Shown here: piece by piece, positions 14,416-28,595 of the stretch | How the letters are laid out: every line of letters starts with the position of its first letter | Position numbering within the stretch: the first letter of the stretch is position 1 | DNA from: Eledone cirrhosa | Taxonomy: Eukaryota | Direction of reading: 5' to 3' | Length of the DNA: 64,000 nt | Assembly (NCBI GenBank): GCA_964016885.1 | Contig: OZ024742.1 | Span: forward strand, 291,834,001-291,898,000 | Notes under the pieces: model-generated | Seen by the model: the letters and a program-made list of their open reading frames with translations, nothing else | Database searches by the model: none | Told to the model about the DNA's origin: nothing | Translations under genes and position numbers: made by a program

Positions 14416-15949
14416 TCTCCTTATCTCTATAGAGTGTAAGTGTAAATCAGACCCAGCCCAAGTTCTATTATTGTATGTGTATTCAAGTTTTCAAACAAAG
14501 CCCTTTATGTGGGAGTTGATCTAGAAATAACAGCAAAATCTCTCTTGACATACTTCATTTAAATATTTGTTGCTAAACTTATATCAATAACATCAACATC
14601 ATTTTACATGGCATGAGTTGGACAAGTGGTCACAATTTCAGATTAGACAGGTCAAATGAACACATTTATTTGAGCATGATCCCTATGGCTAGATGCCTTC
14701 CTAACACCAACTGTCTTACTGCATGTACAAAGTACATTTGATAGAGTCTCGGACACCCTGCTTCACGACATAGAGTTACGGCCCTTTGCATTCCGAGTCT
14801 AAAACCTGCTGGGGTTAGCTTTGCTCTTCATCCTTATGGGGTCAATAAATGAAAGCACCAGTAATGCACTGGGGTTGATTTAATCGACTTTCCCCTCCCC
14901 ACAAATTGCTGGCCTTGTGCCTATGTCAGAAACCATCATATTGTGGCACTAGCACTACTGTTTTACATGTGTTCTCAGTAAGGTTAGCAAAGACAGTGAT
15001 AAGGATGGGCATGTAAGATGTGAGTGTTAAGAAGCTACATGTTGCTTGCCATAAGGGGGACCCATCCCGCAGATGGGGGAAGAGGGATTCAGGGATGAGA
15101 GTAAGCATTGAGTCAAAGGATGACCTTAAAGAGTGTGAATGATGCTTGACAATACATGGTGAGGGAGGGGGATGTCATCAGTTTTTCATGCTGGCATGGG
15201 TTGGACAAGGAAAGGGGAATCATAGAATATAATGTATTTTGTTGTAGTGAAGCTATACCAGTGACTTAAGGGCCAGGAGTTTGAATAAAGTGCTGTAACT
15301 CTTTTGATACCATGATTCATGTATGCCCTCTGGTGTGAAGCTACTGAGAGTACAAGACCCCCCCCCCTCCCTCCTGGACAGGACACCAATCCATCACAGG
15401 ATTAAACCCCCTGCTATTACTGGTACTCATTTTCAGCTGACTATACTGGAGCAACGTGAGATGAAGTGTTTTGCTCAAGAACACAGCACACAACCCAGCC
15501 CAGAAATTGAACCCATGACATTACAGCCGTAAGTTCAACACCCTTACCAGTAGGCTATGTGCCTTTGATACCAACCTAGAATTTTAATTCTGTCAGCCAA
15601 ACTAATTGTATTGACACACCCTAGTGTGAAACTCCACCTACCCTATCACCCTTCCGTTTATATTCTTCCACTGGCCACTATTGGCTAGCACAACCATTCA
15701 GAGCTAATGAAGACTACATGAAAAAAAAAAATGTTTTCTTGATACAAGGCAAATAAATTTTCTATGTTTCAAATATATATATAAATAACATTACAAATTT
15801 TTCAGAATTCTTTTAGAATGAAAATATAAACATATAACAAATACAATTAATTATTGCTAGGAACAAGGTATACTGGCATTCTCTAGCAACACCATCCCAC
15901 TGCATAAAACACTGGGTTTGGGATATCACCTACACAAGTGGCTGAAATG

Positions 15950-16320
15950 GGATTCCCACGAAAGGTCTGTGGTGTAACGTTACTCAATAAAGTGCGTAGG
16001 TCAGAGATCAGAGAGTCACTCCAGATAGAGTTGCTACTTTTCTGAATTGAGAGATGACAGCTCCGATACTATGGGCATGTGGTTAGAATGTCTCAGGAAA
16101 GAATTGCTGGAGAGATTTTACAAGCAAAACTAATTGACAAGAAACCCAGGAGTAGAACTAGAGCAAGATGGTTGGATAACATCCATGAGCTTGGCTAGTC
16201 TCGCTTAGGGATCCAGCCAGATCAGTTGGAGGCAGTTGCTTTTGACAGGACCTGCTGGAAGGAGTGTTTGAGGACTCTGCCCCAACAACCCTCTCAGGAA
16301 TAAGTGAGTAAAGAAGAAGA
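15950..16320 (+). mobile_element. Degraded LINE C-terminal fragment; a related piece lies at 6160-6340 (-)
   Basis: QLRYYGHVVRM and KKPRSRTRARW-like remnants. The end resembles the reverse complement of 6160-6210. Confidence 0.6.
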
Positions 16321-16949
16321 CCTTCCTAATGGTGCACACACACTACCACCACCACTCCTTTTTATCTCTGAGAAATGTGTTAATCAGACCAAGCCCACAC
16401 ACACAGATCCAGACAGAAACATCTAAATACACACAGTAATAACTACAAACACACTTAGACACACATATCCATTCATAAACACACACATTCCTACATAAAC
16501 GCTCATACATACACCTGTACAAACACCCACACACTCATACACACTTTACATCTACTCATACATGTACACACACTCATAGAATCAACCAAGCAGATATTCA
16601 CCAGAAAGAACACACACACACACACTGATTATACACACTACTCCAACACACATACTACCACATACACAGACAAAATGTACCTCATCCACCTATATATATA
16701 TCAGTGCCAATGATAGATTCAGACACACAGCAACCATCCAGCACTACTAATGCATCTACCTCACCCATCCAAACAAACACGTTTGGTTTTCTCCTTCAAC
16801 CTTCAAACCTCTTCTTTATCCTAACTTTATTCTTCCTGATGAAGAGCTAACATTGGATACTTAGATACATTCACACATTCCAAATGATTTTTGTAATTGT
16901 ATCACTGTGCTTGTCTTTTGTAATCTGGCACCTTAGAATAACCAGTTGC

Positions 16950-17430
16950 TTTGGACAGATGGGACTCATCAACCTTGGTTGGTAGCTCATCTAGAGAAAG
17001 GAGAACCCTGATTTTAAAACCACTGCTGCCTTGTGGTATACCCAGTCTTGGGAAAGGCTAAGGGAGTAAACCCCAACAGAAAATCAGGAGCCGGACTCCC
17101 GAAGGCGATCAGACATCCTAACATCATTCCAGCAACTCCTGCAATGCCGCTGATGCCAAGCTGTATCGGCATCCGTCATTCCCTTGGGGCCATCAGCCGC
17201 GTGGAGAGGGGGGGGGGGGGGTCTGGTGCCTGGACAACAGCTCGCTCTCTTGAATGTACCTGTCCAGGACACGTCGCTCCACTGGAGAGGAAACTCCAGC
17301 ATCACTGCAAGGTGGTGACGCAACACAAGCCACTCACGGGTTGGGTTCTTCAGCCACTCACGCAACTGCAACCGCTGAGACCCACGTGGAGCTACTCCAT
17401 CGTGTTGCGAAGACAGACGGATGCCGACGA
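16950..17430 (+). mobile_element. Non-autonomous RTE-derived element (5' UTR-like structured head, short 3' end)
   Basis: GC-rich island. Its head (GGTAGCTCATCTAGAGAAAGG...AAAACC) resembles 41040-41095, which joins an RTE-type tail. Ends GCCGACGAT into (AT)n. Family assignment is from recall. Confidence 0.55.
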
Positions 17431-17454
17431 TATATATATATATAATAATAATAA

Positions 17455-17643
17455 TAATTGTTTCTACTTTAGGCACAAGGCCAGCAATTACCCAGTGCAT
17501 TACTGGTACTTTATTTTATCGACCCCGTAAGGATGAAAGGCAAAGTTAACCTCGGCGGGATTTGAACTCAGATCGTAAAGGGACATAACTATGCTGGAAA
17601 GCATGGCGTCCGACCCTCTACCGACACTGCCAATCCACCGCCC
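17455..17643 (-). mobile_element. SINE family A with TSD
   Basis: Flanked on both sides by TATAATAATAATAATA. Confidence 0.87.
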
Positions 17644-17786
17644 TATAATAATAATAATACTATTTATAGTTATGTATATAGTATAAACAACTATAAACAG
17701 GAAGGTCAGTAATTTTTTATTACCTTATTACCAGTAAGAGAAATAGCTCAATGTAATGAACATCAGTTGTTTTACAGAGCAGGAAA

Positions 17787-17930
17787 ATAAATAAATTATA
17801 CAGTTATCAAAGTTGTGTTCAAATCATTTAATAGCTGACAATCGTTTCTTCCAAATGCTCGATTGGAAGAAACGATTGTCAGCTATTAAATGATTTGAAC
17901 ACAACTTTGATAATTGTATAATTTATTTAT
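17787..17930. repeat. 68-bp-arm palindrome with 8-nt loop, carrying a hammerhead 3' half
   Basis: Arms 17787-17854 and 17863-17930 pair fully (one G.U). GAAAC-GATT-GTC at 17869-17880. Confidence 0.8.
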
Positions 17931-18100
17931 ATATATATAAAGAGAGAGAGAGAGAGAGAGTGATGTAAAATCCCGACACACAAGCCAAAACTGCTTGGCG
18001 CCACGGTCAGGATTTTACATGTCTCTTTACTTACTCTGCATCTCCTCAGACATCGAGTACTTTCATGATTAGTGGACTTCCCCATCTCAGCACTGCAGTT

Positions 18101-18163
<63 letters not shown>

Positions 18164-18379
18164 TGTATATATATATAATATTATAGAGTAAAATGACATA
18201 ATATAAAATTTAACTCTGTTCCCGCACCACCAACAGGATTCAACATCAAAGATGTAATGTTGAGTGCTTTCTTACTATTACATCATGATTAACATTGCAA
18301 AATCACCAATTCTACCCTCTGGTGAACCACCAAATTCAAACGTATATATATACATAATTAAACATTTTATACATATCTA

Positions 18380-18900
18380 GTCAGAGAAGTTTGTAGTTTT
18401 CCAACGTTGTTATTGCCACTTTTTCACCTAACAATCATCATCCATTCACATCACATGTCCATACTAATACAGTCTCCTCTCTTGCACACTACTTCTGATT
18501 CCTATTATACCCAGTTTCTCCCTCAGTTCATCCATGCTTTGTCGTTCTCGAAGCATGCTTGCCTCACTTCTCTCCAGCCTCCATACATCCTCTGCATTCA
18601 CTGCTAATGTCTCACTACCATGCAGTATGGCACTTCACACGCAGGTGTCATATGGCCAACCTTCCCTTTGTAAGGAAAAACCTCTTGTTGTTAGTGGGGT
18701 AGCAGTTCTCTAAACTTCTTCCATCCTCTCATTCTAGCTACTATGCACTCCAACCCCCCCCCCCACTGCTAATTATATCACCTAGGTAGCAGAAACTATC
18801 AACCATTTCTATGGATCCTTCCTGAGGGGCTTATATTATTGGCACTCTTAGTATCAAATAACCCTGAACATTTACTACACACAAAAACTTCCTGTGTGTA
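18380..18900 (-). mobile_element. Degraded RTE fragment
   Basis: Minus strand retains FVCSKCSG (last PHD CxxC), DSFCYLGD and GWKKFRELL-like remnants. Confidence 0.75.
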
Positions 18901-19214
18901 GTTAAATGTGTGGATATATAGAACAATAATTAGTACCTTGTGGTAGTTAGTGGGTTGACAGATACTGGTGGAGGTGGGAAATGGTAGGGGGAGGAGGAGG
19001 AGAGAAAGAGGCACAGAGAGAGAAAAAGAGAGAATGACAGAAAAAGAGAGGGGGTGGGAAAAGAGGGAAGAGAGAGAGGGGGAATATAGAGAGGGGTGGG
19101 GAAGAGAGAGGGGGGTGGGGAAGAGAGAGAGAGTGTGTGACAACGAAACAGAGGTACACAGACATTGAGGCAGACAGAAACAGACAGACAGGCAGGCATA
19201 CAGACTGAGATACG

Positions 19215-19367
<153 letters not shown>

Positions 19368-20614
19368 ATGGTTGAGGAGAGATTTAATGGATTTCTTGCT
19401 AAAAATCAGATATGGCAGTATAGTAAATGGTAAAATCCATGATTGCAGTAGAGACTGCACGAAGAATGCAATATTACATTGCAATATGTGAGAAAAACAC
19501 AACAGGTTGCAACATGTGACATGTGAAACAGAAATTCTAGCAGTTTTACACCTTCATAACAAATTGGTGCAGTTTAATCTATTTTTTTTATTTCTATTAT
19601 TTGTTTTTGTTTATTTTTTTATAATATTGTTTCATTCAATAAAAAGAAAGTTATGTGAGCAACACTCAGCACCATCACCATCCCTATCATTATTAAGACT
19701 ATCATTATAACTACAACAACCATCATTACCACCACCACCATGATCGTCTCTGACACCACCATCATCCTCATCACTACCATCATTATCTTAACTTTGCGGG
19801 GTTGATAAAATAAAGTACCAGTAATGTACTGGTTAATTGCTGGCCTTGTGTCAAAAGTAGAAACAATTATCTTAACCATCACTGCCACCATCACGACGAT
19901 TATCACCGTCAATACAACCAGCAAATTCACCATCATTACCATCCACACCGCCACCACCACCATCATTACCATCCACACCGCCACCACCATTACCATCTAC
20001 ACCCACCCACCACCACCATTACCATCATCATCGGTGGTCTTTGGTTTTTTGACGTTTTGTTAGTTTTTAATCTCCTTTCACTCAAAGTAAAATAAAGTTA
20101 GCATTCTATGAGTAAGACATTACCACCACCACCGCCACCAAAACTACCATCGCCACTATCATCACAACAACTATTACCATCGCCATTATTATCTCAACAA
20201 CTGTACTTATTTTTATTTCAAGACTGGTGCTTATTTTATCGATCGCTTTTGTCGAACCGCTTCAGATGAGACAGACACGGGCGTTAACACAGAGCAGAAT
20301 ATATATATATACATACACACACAACAAACGATTGATCATTTTACGAAACGCCAGGCGAATTTGGAATGGCGAAAGCTGCCGAAATGTTTAACTCTCCTCC
20401 ACTTCTTCCAAACGTGAACTTAATATAACTGTGCATTCCTGTTTGTTTTATTTTGTTTCATTTACTAATCACATACACAAACATATATAAGAGACGGTTT
20501 GATACCTTATCGATAACATTCTAAGGAATACAAATCGTAGAGTGCTTTACTTCTGTTTACTGAAAAAGTCGGTGGATTATCTGATCAACCAACTTTCCAC
20601 ACACACACATTCAT

Positions 20615-20757
20615 AACAGGCTTCTGCAGTTTCCGCCTACAAGACATTTGAAAACACGGGGCTATAGTAGACGACACTTGCCGAAGATACTCCACAAAAT
20701 GGAACTGAAATTAGAACCATAGAGTCGCGAGACGAACTCCTTAACCACACAGCAGCC
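20615..20757 (-). mobile_element. Older SINE family fragment; relatives at 24130-24345 (+) and 46430-46560 (-)
   Basis: Shared GGCTATAGTAGA.GACACTTGCC motif and tRNA-like head on the minus strand. Confidence 0.65.
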
Positions 20758-21020
20758 GTCAATTTTAATATTTTATCGATCTTCGATGCATGAAGGGTAG
20801 CAAATATTAAAGTGACTGTGGTATGTATTTTAGCAGAGAGAATGTACTACACAACTAGAGTGTAAGTAAAAACAGCAGAGAACTTAGTCCGGCACTCTAC
20901 CGATTTTACTGCTACTACTTTTAGTGCTAATAATATGTGTATATTGTATTTGTCAATAAAAAAAATGTACTGCGAGCGTCGAGTACAGTATTGTAAAACG
21001 AGAGGCGGGGAGAGTATGTG

Positions 21021-21062
<42 letters not shown>

Positions 21063-21252
21063 TATACACACACACATACTCTCCCAAAGTATAACTATAT
21101 ATATATATACATACACACACACACACGCACACATAAGATAGAATAAAGATCTCTCATTTAATGCTTTACAATTGTTTCAGCATTACTACCTATTAATACA
21201 CAGGCAAATATATTTTTACCTTGACATACATAAACATACATATACATACACA

Positions 21253-21298
<46 letters not shown>

Positions 21299-21343
21299 TA
21301 TCACCATCATTTAACGTTTATTTTCCTCGCCAACATGGGTTAG

Positions 21344-21378
<35 letters not shown>

Positions 21379-21984
21379 GCGAAGAAATACCAATGATAAT
21401 CAGCAGACTACTGATGATAGACATTCCTGTTTCTCGGTCTATTTTCATATATATATATATACACACACACATTCTTATACATACATATATATACATAAAT
21501 ATATACACACGCATTTACGGAACATCCTGTTCGTAAAATTAACTTGCAAGTGGCTGAACATTCGACAAACACGCGCACCCTTAACGTAGTTCTAGGGAAA
21601 TTCGGCGTGACATGGAATGTGACAACGCCGGCCCTTCGAATTACAAGGTACAACTCATTCTTGCCAGCTCAGTGAACTGGAGCAACGGGAAATAAAGTAT
21701 CTTGTTCAAGGACACAGCGCGCCGGCGTTAATCGAACTCACGACCATAGCCGAATATTCTAATCACGCGCCTTAGTTTTTCCATCCTTCTTGATCTCAGT
21801 TGCTAGTTCAACCATGCCATGCCAGCATCAAAACACGTATTCACCCCGCAGTGTGCCGCCAAACATTGCCTTAAAAGCCACCCTTCTCTATCATCCCCCC
21901 TCCATCACTGCCTCCCCAGTCTGGTCGAAGATACAATGAGCTCCCAGCTCGAAACTATTACTGCTGGTGTCACAGTGGGGTGTA

Positions 21985-22180
21985 ATCAGCCTACACCGTG
22001 AGGTAGTAGCATTAGTGCCACACCCAGCCCACTCTGAGGTGGTAGCATTGGTGTCAATAGACGCACCCAGCCCACTCTATGAGGTGGTAGCATTAGTTCC
22101 ACAATAGAGGCACCCAACCCACTCTGTGAGGTGGTAGCATTGGTTCAACGATAGAGGCACCCAACCCCGTTAGGTGATGG
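21985..22180. repeat. Degenerate 40-48-bp tandem repeat
   Basis: GCACCCAGCCCACTCTGTGAGGTGGTAGCATTGG recurs about 4-5 times. Confidence 0.8.
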
Positions 22181-22435
22181 TGGTGTCACGATGAAATAAT
22201 GAACCCAATGCTCGCTGTGTGGTGGTTGGTGTTAGACGGGATGTCTGGAGTAGATGACTTGGGTCTATTGAGGCCTTTGTTACCAACCTGTGTGTGTGAT
22301 GTTCTCTACGACGATGTGTAGGAGCAATGTTTGAGAGGACAGATATTCAGGGGTGTGATCATCTGACGTTTCAACTCGGAACATAATCAATGGCCTGTTT
22401 GGACAGAGCAGGCATAGTAAGTGGACATACAATGA

Positions 22436-22471
<36 letters not shown>

Positions 22472-23074
22472 GTCTGCATGTATATAGATGTGTATGTGTG
22501 CGTGTGTATAAACACACACACACATATATATTCCTGTGTTGTAAGAAACTAAAAGGGTTGATCTCAGGAAGGACATCTGGCTGTAAAACATTGCCTCAAA
22601 AAGTCTCTTCCAGCTCATATCAATATGGAAAAGTTGTAAAAACGGTTATACATACACGCACCTCAGTTGACACCAACATAGAAACAAATAACGAAACAAT
22701 AACGAAACAAATAGTTTATTTAGAACAATCAAATGTATTTAATACCGTAGATAATAACAGCGTTGTCATCTCAAGTTTTCATAATTATATAAATAATGAA
22801 AAAGAAGGCGGTGTGAAGAAAAGTAGATCTAGCTGTATTGGAAAGAACTATAAATGCCATAAATTAGAAGAAAGCTAGGGAAAGAGCAAGAACTATTAGG
22901 ACATGTAAGAAAAAGAGAGGGAAGGGGAGAGGGTGACAGGTTCTACGCCTAAGTCTGGATGGTGTTTCGACTGCGCCCCACGGACAAAACTGTAAAAGCA
23001 TTTCCGCAGCCAATAGCCAGCGACACCTGCTGCAACAGCCACCCCACCTCGTGAATTTAGGGCTGATTTAGTAA

Positions 23075-23265
23075 TATGGTGGATTAGCAGTATCGGTAGA
23101 GGGTCGGACACCATGCTTTGCACCAGAGTTACGGCCCTTTATGGTCTGAGTTCAAATCGAGCCGAGGTTAACTTTGCATTTCATCCTTATGAGGTCGATA
23201 AAATAAAGTACCAGTAATACGCTGGGATAATTGCTGGCCTTGTGCCAAAAGTAGAAACAATTATT
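23075..23265 (+). mobile_element. SINE family A; partial copies at 19790-19870 (+) and 27868-28020 (-)
   Basis: Same motifs as 11765-11950. Confidence 0.85.
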
Positions 23266-23369
23266 TAGCTGTTGTTTGAATGGTTTTAACATAAGTACGA
23301 ACTCTTTAAAACAAACAATTTTGTGTCATCGAACCAGGGGTGGTGTCAGGCAGGTTGGTATCAAAAAGG

Positions 23370-23615
23370 TTAATCAGTTAGCAACGAAAATAATAGCATC
23401 ATTAATTAAGTGGTTAGCAACGGTGATACTAGCAACTTTAATCAACTAGTTAACAACGAAAGATACTAGCCATTTTAACAAGTTAGCAACGAAAGATACT
23501 AACAACTTTAATTAGTTAGCAAATTGATTCACCAGTTAACAACGAAAAACGTAGCAACTTTAATTAACCAGTTAGCAAGGAGAGATAATAGAAACTAACT
23601 AGTTAGCAACAAAGT
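23370..23615. repeat. Degenerate 35-40-bp tandem repeat
   Basis: GTTAGCAACGAAAGATACTAGCAACTTTAAT recurs about 7 times. Confidence 0.8.
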
Positions 23616-23850
23616 TATTCCACATTTTCTCGGATAAAATGAGTAATACTTATAACAATTCATCTTTTATTTGCTATTAAAAAGAAAGAAAGAAAACTGA
23701 AGCAGATATAATCTAGTTTGAAAGCAGAGGTAACGGAGAGGAATTCCGGCTAGATCCTGTCAATGAAATCTCCATATGGTTTAAATACACAGCAAGTCGC
23801 CGATATCCGAATAGCTAAATGTCAGCAGAAGGGCACCAAGGAATCATTAC

Positions 23851-23940
23851 CATGATGCGGCCCGGTCCCCTTAGAGTGTAAGAAGTTACTTGAGGAGGGG
23901 ATGGGGGTCTTCTCTGAAGACCTTCTGCTATCCAGCTCTT
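23851..23940 (-). CDS. Candidate internal exon (90 nt), phase-0 reading KSWIAEGLQRRPPSPPQVTSYTLRGPGRIM
   Basis: Strong polypyrimidine acceptor (TTTTTTTTACTCATTGACTTTCAG|), donor ATG|GTAATG, length divisible by 3, GC-richer than flanks, phase-compatible with the exon at 33053-33160. Confidence 0.55.
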
Positions 23941-25542
23941 CTGAAAGTCAATGAGTAAAAAAAATGAAAAAACCCAGTAATATTCTATATCATAACAACT
24001 ATACTGTATTTTTGCCTGTCTGCCACACGCATGCTATTGACAAAAACGTTTCAAAAGGTTTTATTTGTAGTGCATTAATCACAAATGTAAGACAAAGAAG
24101 TGAGATGGGGGGGGGGGGGGTCTATTCTAAAATGCTTTCGGGGTTCAATCCTGTTGTGCAACACCTTGGGCGTCTTCTACTATAGCCTAGGAATGACCAA
24201 TTTCTACATGTGCCCGTCCGTGTTTATGTCCCGTAGCTTAACAGTCCACAGAAAAGGGATCGATAAAATAAGTACCAGAGTTGAAAACAACTACTGGGGT
24301 CGATATAATCGACTAAATCAAGGCGTTGCCACAGTATAATTGAAACCAGTAAAAAAAAAAAAGTAAGAGAACATATATCTACAATGTTAAAATCTTGTGA
24401 AGAAATCGAATATTTGTCCGTAAAACAATGGTTTATATGACGCTTCGCCCTCGAGGACACACCCCAATTTTGACAACCAGAAATTTGAAAAATAATGATA
24501 AACATAAAAATAAGGTCCCGGCACTTCGGATCTTGTTACCTAATTTTTTTTTGTGATATTTTGTTTATTTAACTAATTATAATTTATACACTTCATCGAG
24601 AGATCATACAGGAGTTCAGATTACTGTCTAGCATAGACAGTTAGGATATGCCAATGAGAAACACAACCTTCGGCCTCCAGAGCGCATGATAGATTTTCGA
24701 GACTTATTTTAGGAAATCCGTATTTTATTTTCTAAGTTTCATCAACATGCCTATATATATATAAATATAATAATATAACACTTACAGAACGAAAACACAA
24801 ATGTGAACGATATATTTTAGGAAAAACGTCTTTTTCGTTGGGAAATAGACACATCTCTGAACGGGGGGTAGGGGCAAATTTGGTCAATTTAGTTGTAGTA
24901 ATTAGTTTAGCCGTCATCAAATATCAACCAAGATATAAAAAAAACTTTGATATGCAATAAACATAACATGTACCTAAATTGTAACGCATATACAAACAGA
25001 TGTGTGTTTTGGTAGTTTTTTTGGGGGGGAGGGGACATGACACGTTTTATATTCGACCGGAAAAAAAAAAAAAATCGAAAAAAAATTGCATTTGAAGCAT
25101 CGTGAACAGAGAAAAATAAAAAATAAAATAAACACCTAAGTAGCATTGGTACAGGTGAAAATATTAATAAATAACCTGTTATACTACTTTAAAATATAAT
25201 AAATAACTTTTCTTATAGTTTACAAATTATGATTAAAATGTAGAAGTGAAAACGCAACATCATCACAATTCTGTTGTTTTTCTTTTTCTAGTTGCAACAA
25301 GAGTGCAGCTTATTTTAATTGCAGTTTCGTTTAATACACGGTAGCAGACATTTACGAGAAAGGGTGGAGTCGACTTAACCGTTTCGTTACCATATGTCTA
25401 ATGAAAAGATTGCCGATGCTTTTCAGATAGTTTTGAAAATATTAAAAAATTTGGAGAGATTTCGTAATTTATTTTGTATCTATATTTTCATTCTGAAAGA
25501 ATTGTGAGCAGTTATTTATACAACTGTGAATAAAGTAATATT

Positions 25543-25579
<37 letters not shown>

Positions 25580-28500
25580 CTCATCATTACGCTGGTGTTT
25601 GGCACAAAGGTTTTTACGTAAAAAGTATGATGGAAGGTTTTTAAAAAATATATAAACCCTTTGACTATATTTCTAATGAAAACACTATTTTTTCAAATAG
25701 CTTCGAAAATATTCAAGAATTTGGAAGGATATAGTAACATAACTTTCTCATTACTATGATGGTATTTGGAACATAATAAATGTGCTATAAAATTATGATA
25801 GAAGGTTTTAGATATGATATAAACACTTATAAATAATTAGTTCTGTAACGTATAAATCAGAGGTAGTTTCAGATAGGTTGGTAGGTATCAAAATGGTTAT
25901 TTGATCGACAGTATCTGACTTGGTGACTTATTGTACCAAAGCTGGGAAACACGAAAGCTAAAGTCCTTGAAATGAGAATCTACAGAAGAGAAACAGCATA
26001 ATGGGGGAAATACTTTGAAGTATGGTAAAGAAGGAACGGTTGTAAACAGAATTAGTGCTATGACGCTAAACATAATGCTAACTCTTTCACTAGCAAAGAA
26101 GATTCTTGGTGGTAGGCAGACGGAATTTACTTAGATTTCCCCGAGACAATCAATAAAATTGTCGATACATATTAAGAAAGCTGATGTAAAATCAGGTGGA
26201 AACTACAAATATTTAGATTATCGCAACCTTTTAGATACATGAAACCGCCTCTGGTTCGACACTAAAACTATTTAAAAACTAAAAACCTTCCATCATAATT
26301 TTCTAACAAACCCTTGTTATGTTCCCAACTCCAGCTTAATAGTGAAGAAGTTATACTACTAAATCCCTCCAAATTCACGGTTATTTTCAAAATGATTTTC
26401 ATTAAAAATATGTTAAAAAAAAAAAGTTTTAAAATTCCGCGCCAGATATACTAATTTAACGTAACTATATAAGAACAAAAATGGAACACAAATAATTCCT
26501 ACTTTAATATACCAACGAAATCTTTACTTCATATATATTCTCCGCTCTTATTAAGAAAAATAAAAAGGTTTCAATTGAGAGTATACGAAATTAAAATCTC
26601 ATAATCCCTAGTTGAAGAAACCATTATCTTGTTACAAAAGAAGTTTTATAAGTGACATTCTCAGAGTTAACCAACTTTTTTTTTATGTAGTTGTCATTTA
26701 TTACGTAACCACGATAAGATGAAGTATTTAGGTTTCAAATAGACAACTTAAGATAATTCCACGTAATTGTTATACCAGCTAGAAAGAACAGCCAAATCTC
26801 CCTCAAACCATTCTATCACATTAGATAATGTAGCCCTGTATATCTTAACCCTTTTGGTATCAAACTGTCTTTGATTCCACAATACAAAACTATTTTAAAG
26901 TGTTTGTATTTATTTATCTCAACATCTTTCGTTACAATTTAATGTAAGAATCTGTTACGTTCTAAACAACTTAATAATGAAAAGTTGATTATATTACTAA
27001 ATCACTCCAAATTCTTGGTTATATGAAAATCATAGGCAGAGTCATTTATGATAAACGAAAGTACGTTAGAGTTAGCAACACTTTCACCTGACTTTCAGAT
27101 AATTTATAACTTAAGAGAAAATGATATATTTTTAATAATTACAATAGACATAGAAAAAATAGCAAGTAAAAAAAAAAAAAGTATAATTGTGGGCATATAG
27201 TATACACACATATATATATATATACACACATGTATATACACATATATATGTATATACATACGCATCCCACCCACACACATACATTCATACATATATATAT
27301 CTATGCATAGTTGTATATGTTCACTAATAATTGTTTCTACATTTATGTTCACTAATACTGAAATGAAATGTGAGGTTTTAGAATGGAGAGAAATCGCAAG
27401 AATTGTGTGTAGAAAGCGGAGGAATTTGGCAATTGTCAGAGAAATACTTTGATCAAGTTTACAACGATTGCAATCTTGCTTTCGTTTTAACAATCTTTCG
27501 CTTCCTGATTGCTATAGCAACTGAACGACATTTCTTTGCTAAGGAACAAACGAGGGAGCCTCTTGGAGGTCGCTCGAGCAGCTAGAAAAAGCAGTCAAAT
27601 TTAGTTATAATCCTTTCCTCAACATATTTCTAGTGAACGAAACTGCCTATGATTTTGAGAAATGAATTTGGAAGTTATTTTGTAATATAACTTAGCTGGT
27701 GTTTAGAATATGACTTAAAGGTTCTTACATAAAACTGATAGTTTTTTTTAATATATATAAAACACTTTAAAATAAAGTTTTGTCTCATAGGCGATTTCAG
27801 ACAGTATAGCATCAACAGGGTTGTATATAAAAATAAAAAAAAAATAAAAAAAAAAAGCATACTGGATAATTGTTTCTACTTTTGGCACAAGGCCAGCAAT
27901 TATCCCAGTGCATTACTGGTACTTTATTTTATCGACCCCGTAAGGATGAAAGGCAAAGTTAACCTCGGCGGGATTTGAACTCAGACCATAAAGGGACATA
28001 ACATTATGCCGGAAAGCTTACTGGATAATGTCCTTGAAACACTATTTGATTAGGTCGGGTGTGATCGCTATGAATACTAGAGAAGTAGCAGCTAGATTTA
28101 GTTTTAATGGAAAAAGAAAAGAAAAAAAGGGGGGGGGGAGAGGCATGTTGGATAACGTTGTCCTTAATATATCTTAATAGATCAGAATGGCTAAGGCAGA
28201 AATGTATTTGATTATAGCTTTGCTGAAACAGAGTTCAGCTGAACCAGTTCTAGTAGGATCTGCCCCTCTATACCAACATACAGAAGCAGACAAAATCAGA
28301 AAGAGAAGAGATGAAATTACCGGCTTGCGGCTTTATGAATATAGAAGCATCGATTGGCTTCCATACATTTTAAACATGTATGAAAAGCAATGAGGATGGA
28401 GTTCAGCTGTCGGAGGTTACATTTCATATTCGACACCAATAAAAACCGAGAGAAACTTAATTGAGAGCATTGAACCAATATTTGTGACGATCAAAACACA

Positions 28501-28595
28501 GCTGTAAATGAACGGATGTAACAGTTCAGTCAACGTATTTATACTCTTAATTGAAGTGGGGGCGCTGAAAACGCGGGTCTTATTGTTGGTGGCTC

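Noticed and set aside
13962-14432. Poly-Thr mucin-like ORF
   Set aside because: Trinucleotide low-complexity tract open on both strands with no exon structure.
16830-16870. CTGATGAAGAG hammerhead core
   Set aside because: No downstream GAAA or stem III.
22790-22880. Splice acceptor-like TTCTTTCCAATACAG on the minus strand
   Set aside because: The same sequence recurs at about 10640 and 1500-1620, so it is a dispersed repeat.
23815-23850. Antizyme-like frameshift site (PWCPSAD)
   Set aside because: Lacks the UCC-UGA shift site and a downstream antizyme ORF.
23851-23870. COX7C similarity (GPG...PF, TPFL)
   Set aside because: Only a few residues match and the transmembrane helix is absent.
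28320-28410. Possible extra minus-strand exon
   Set aside because: Weak acceptor, and its length would shift the frame between the two better exons.
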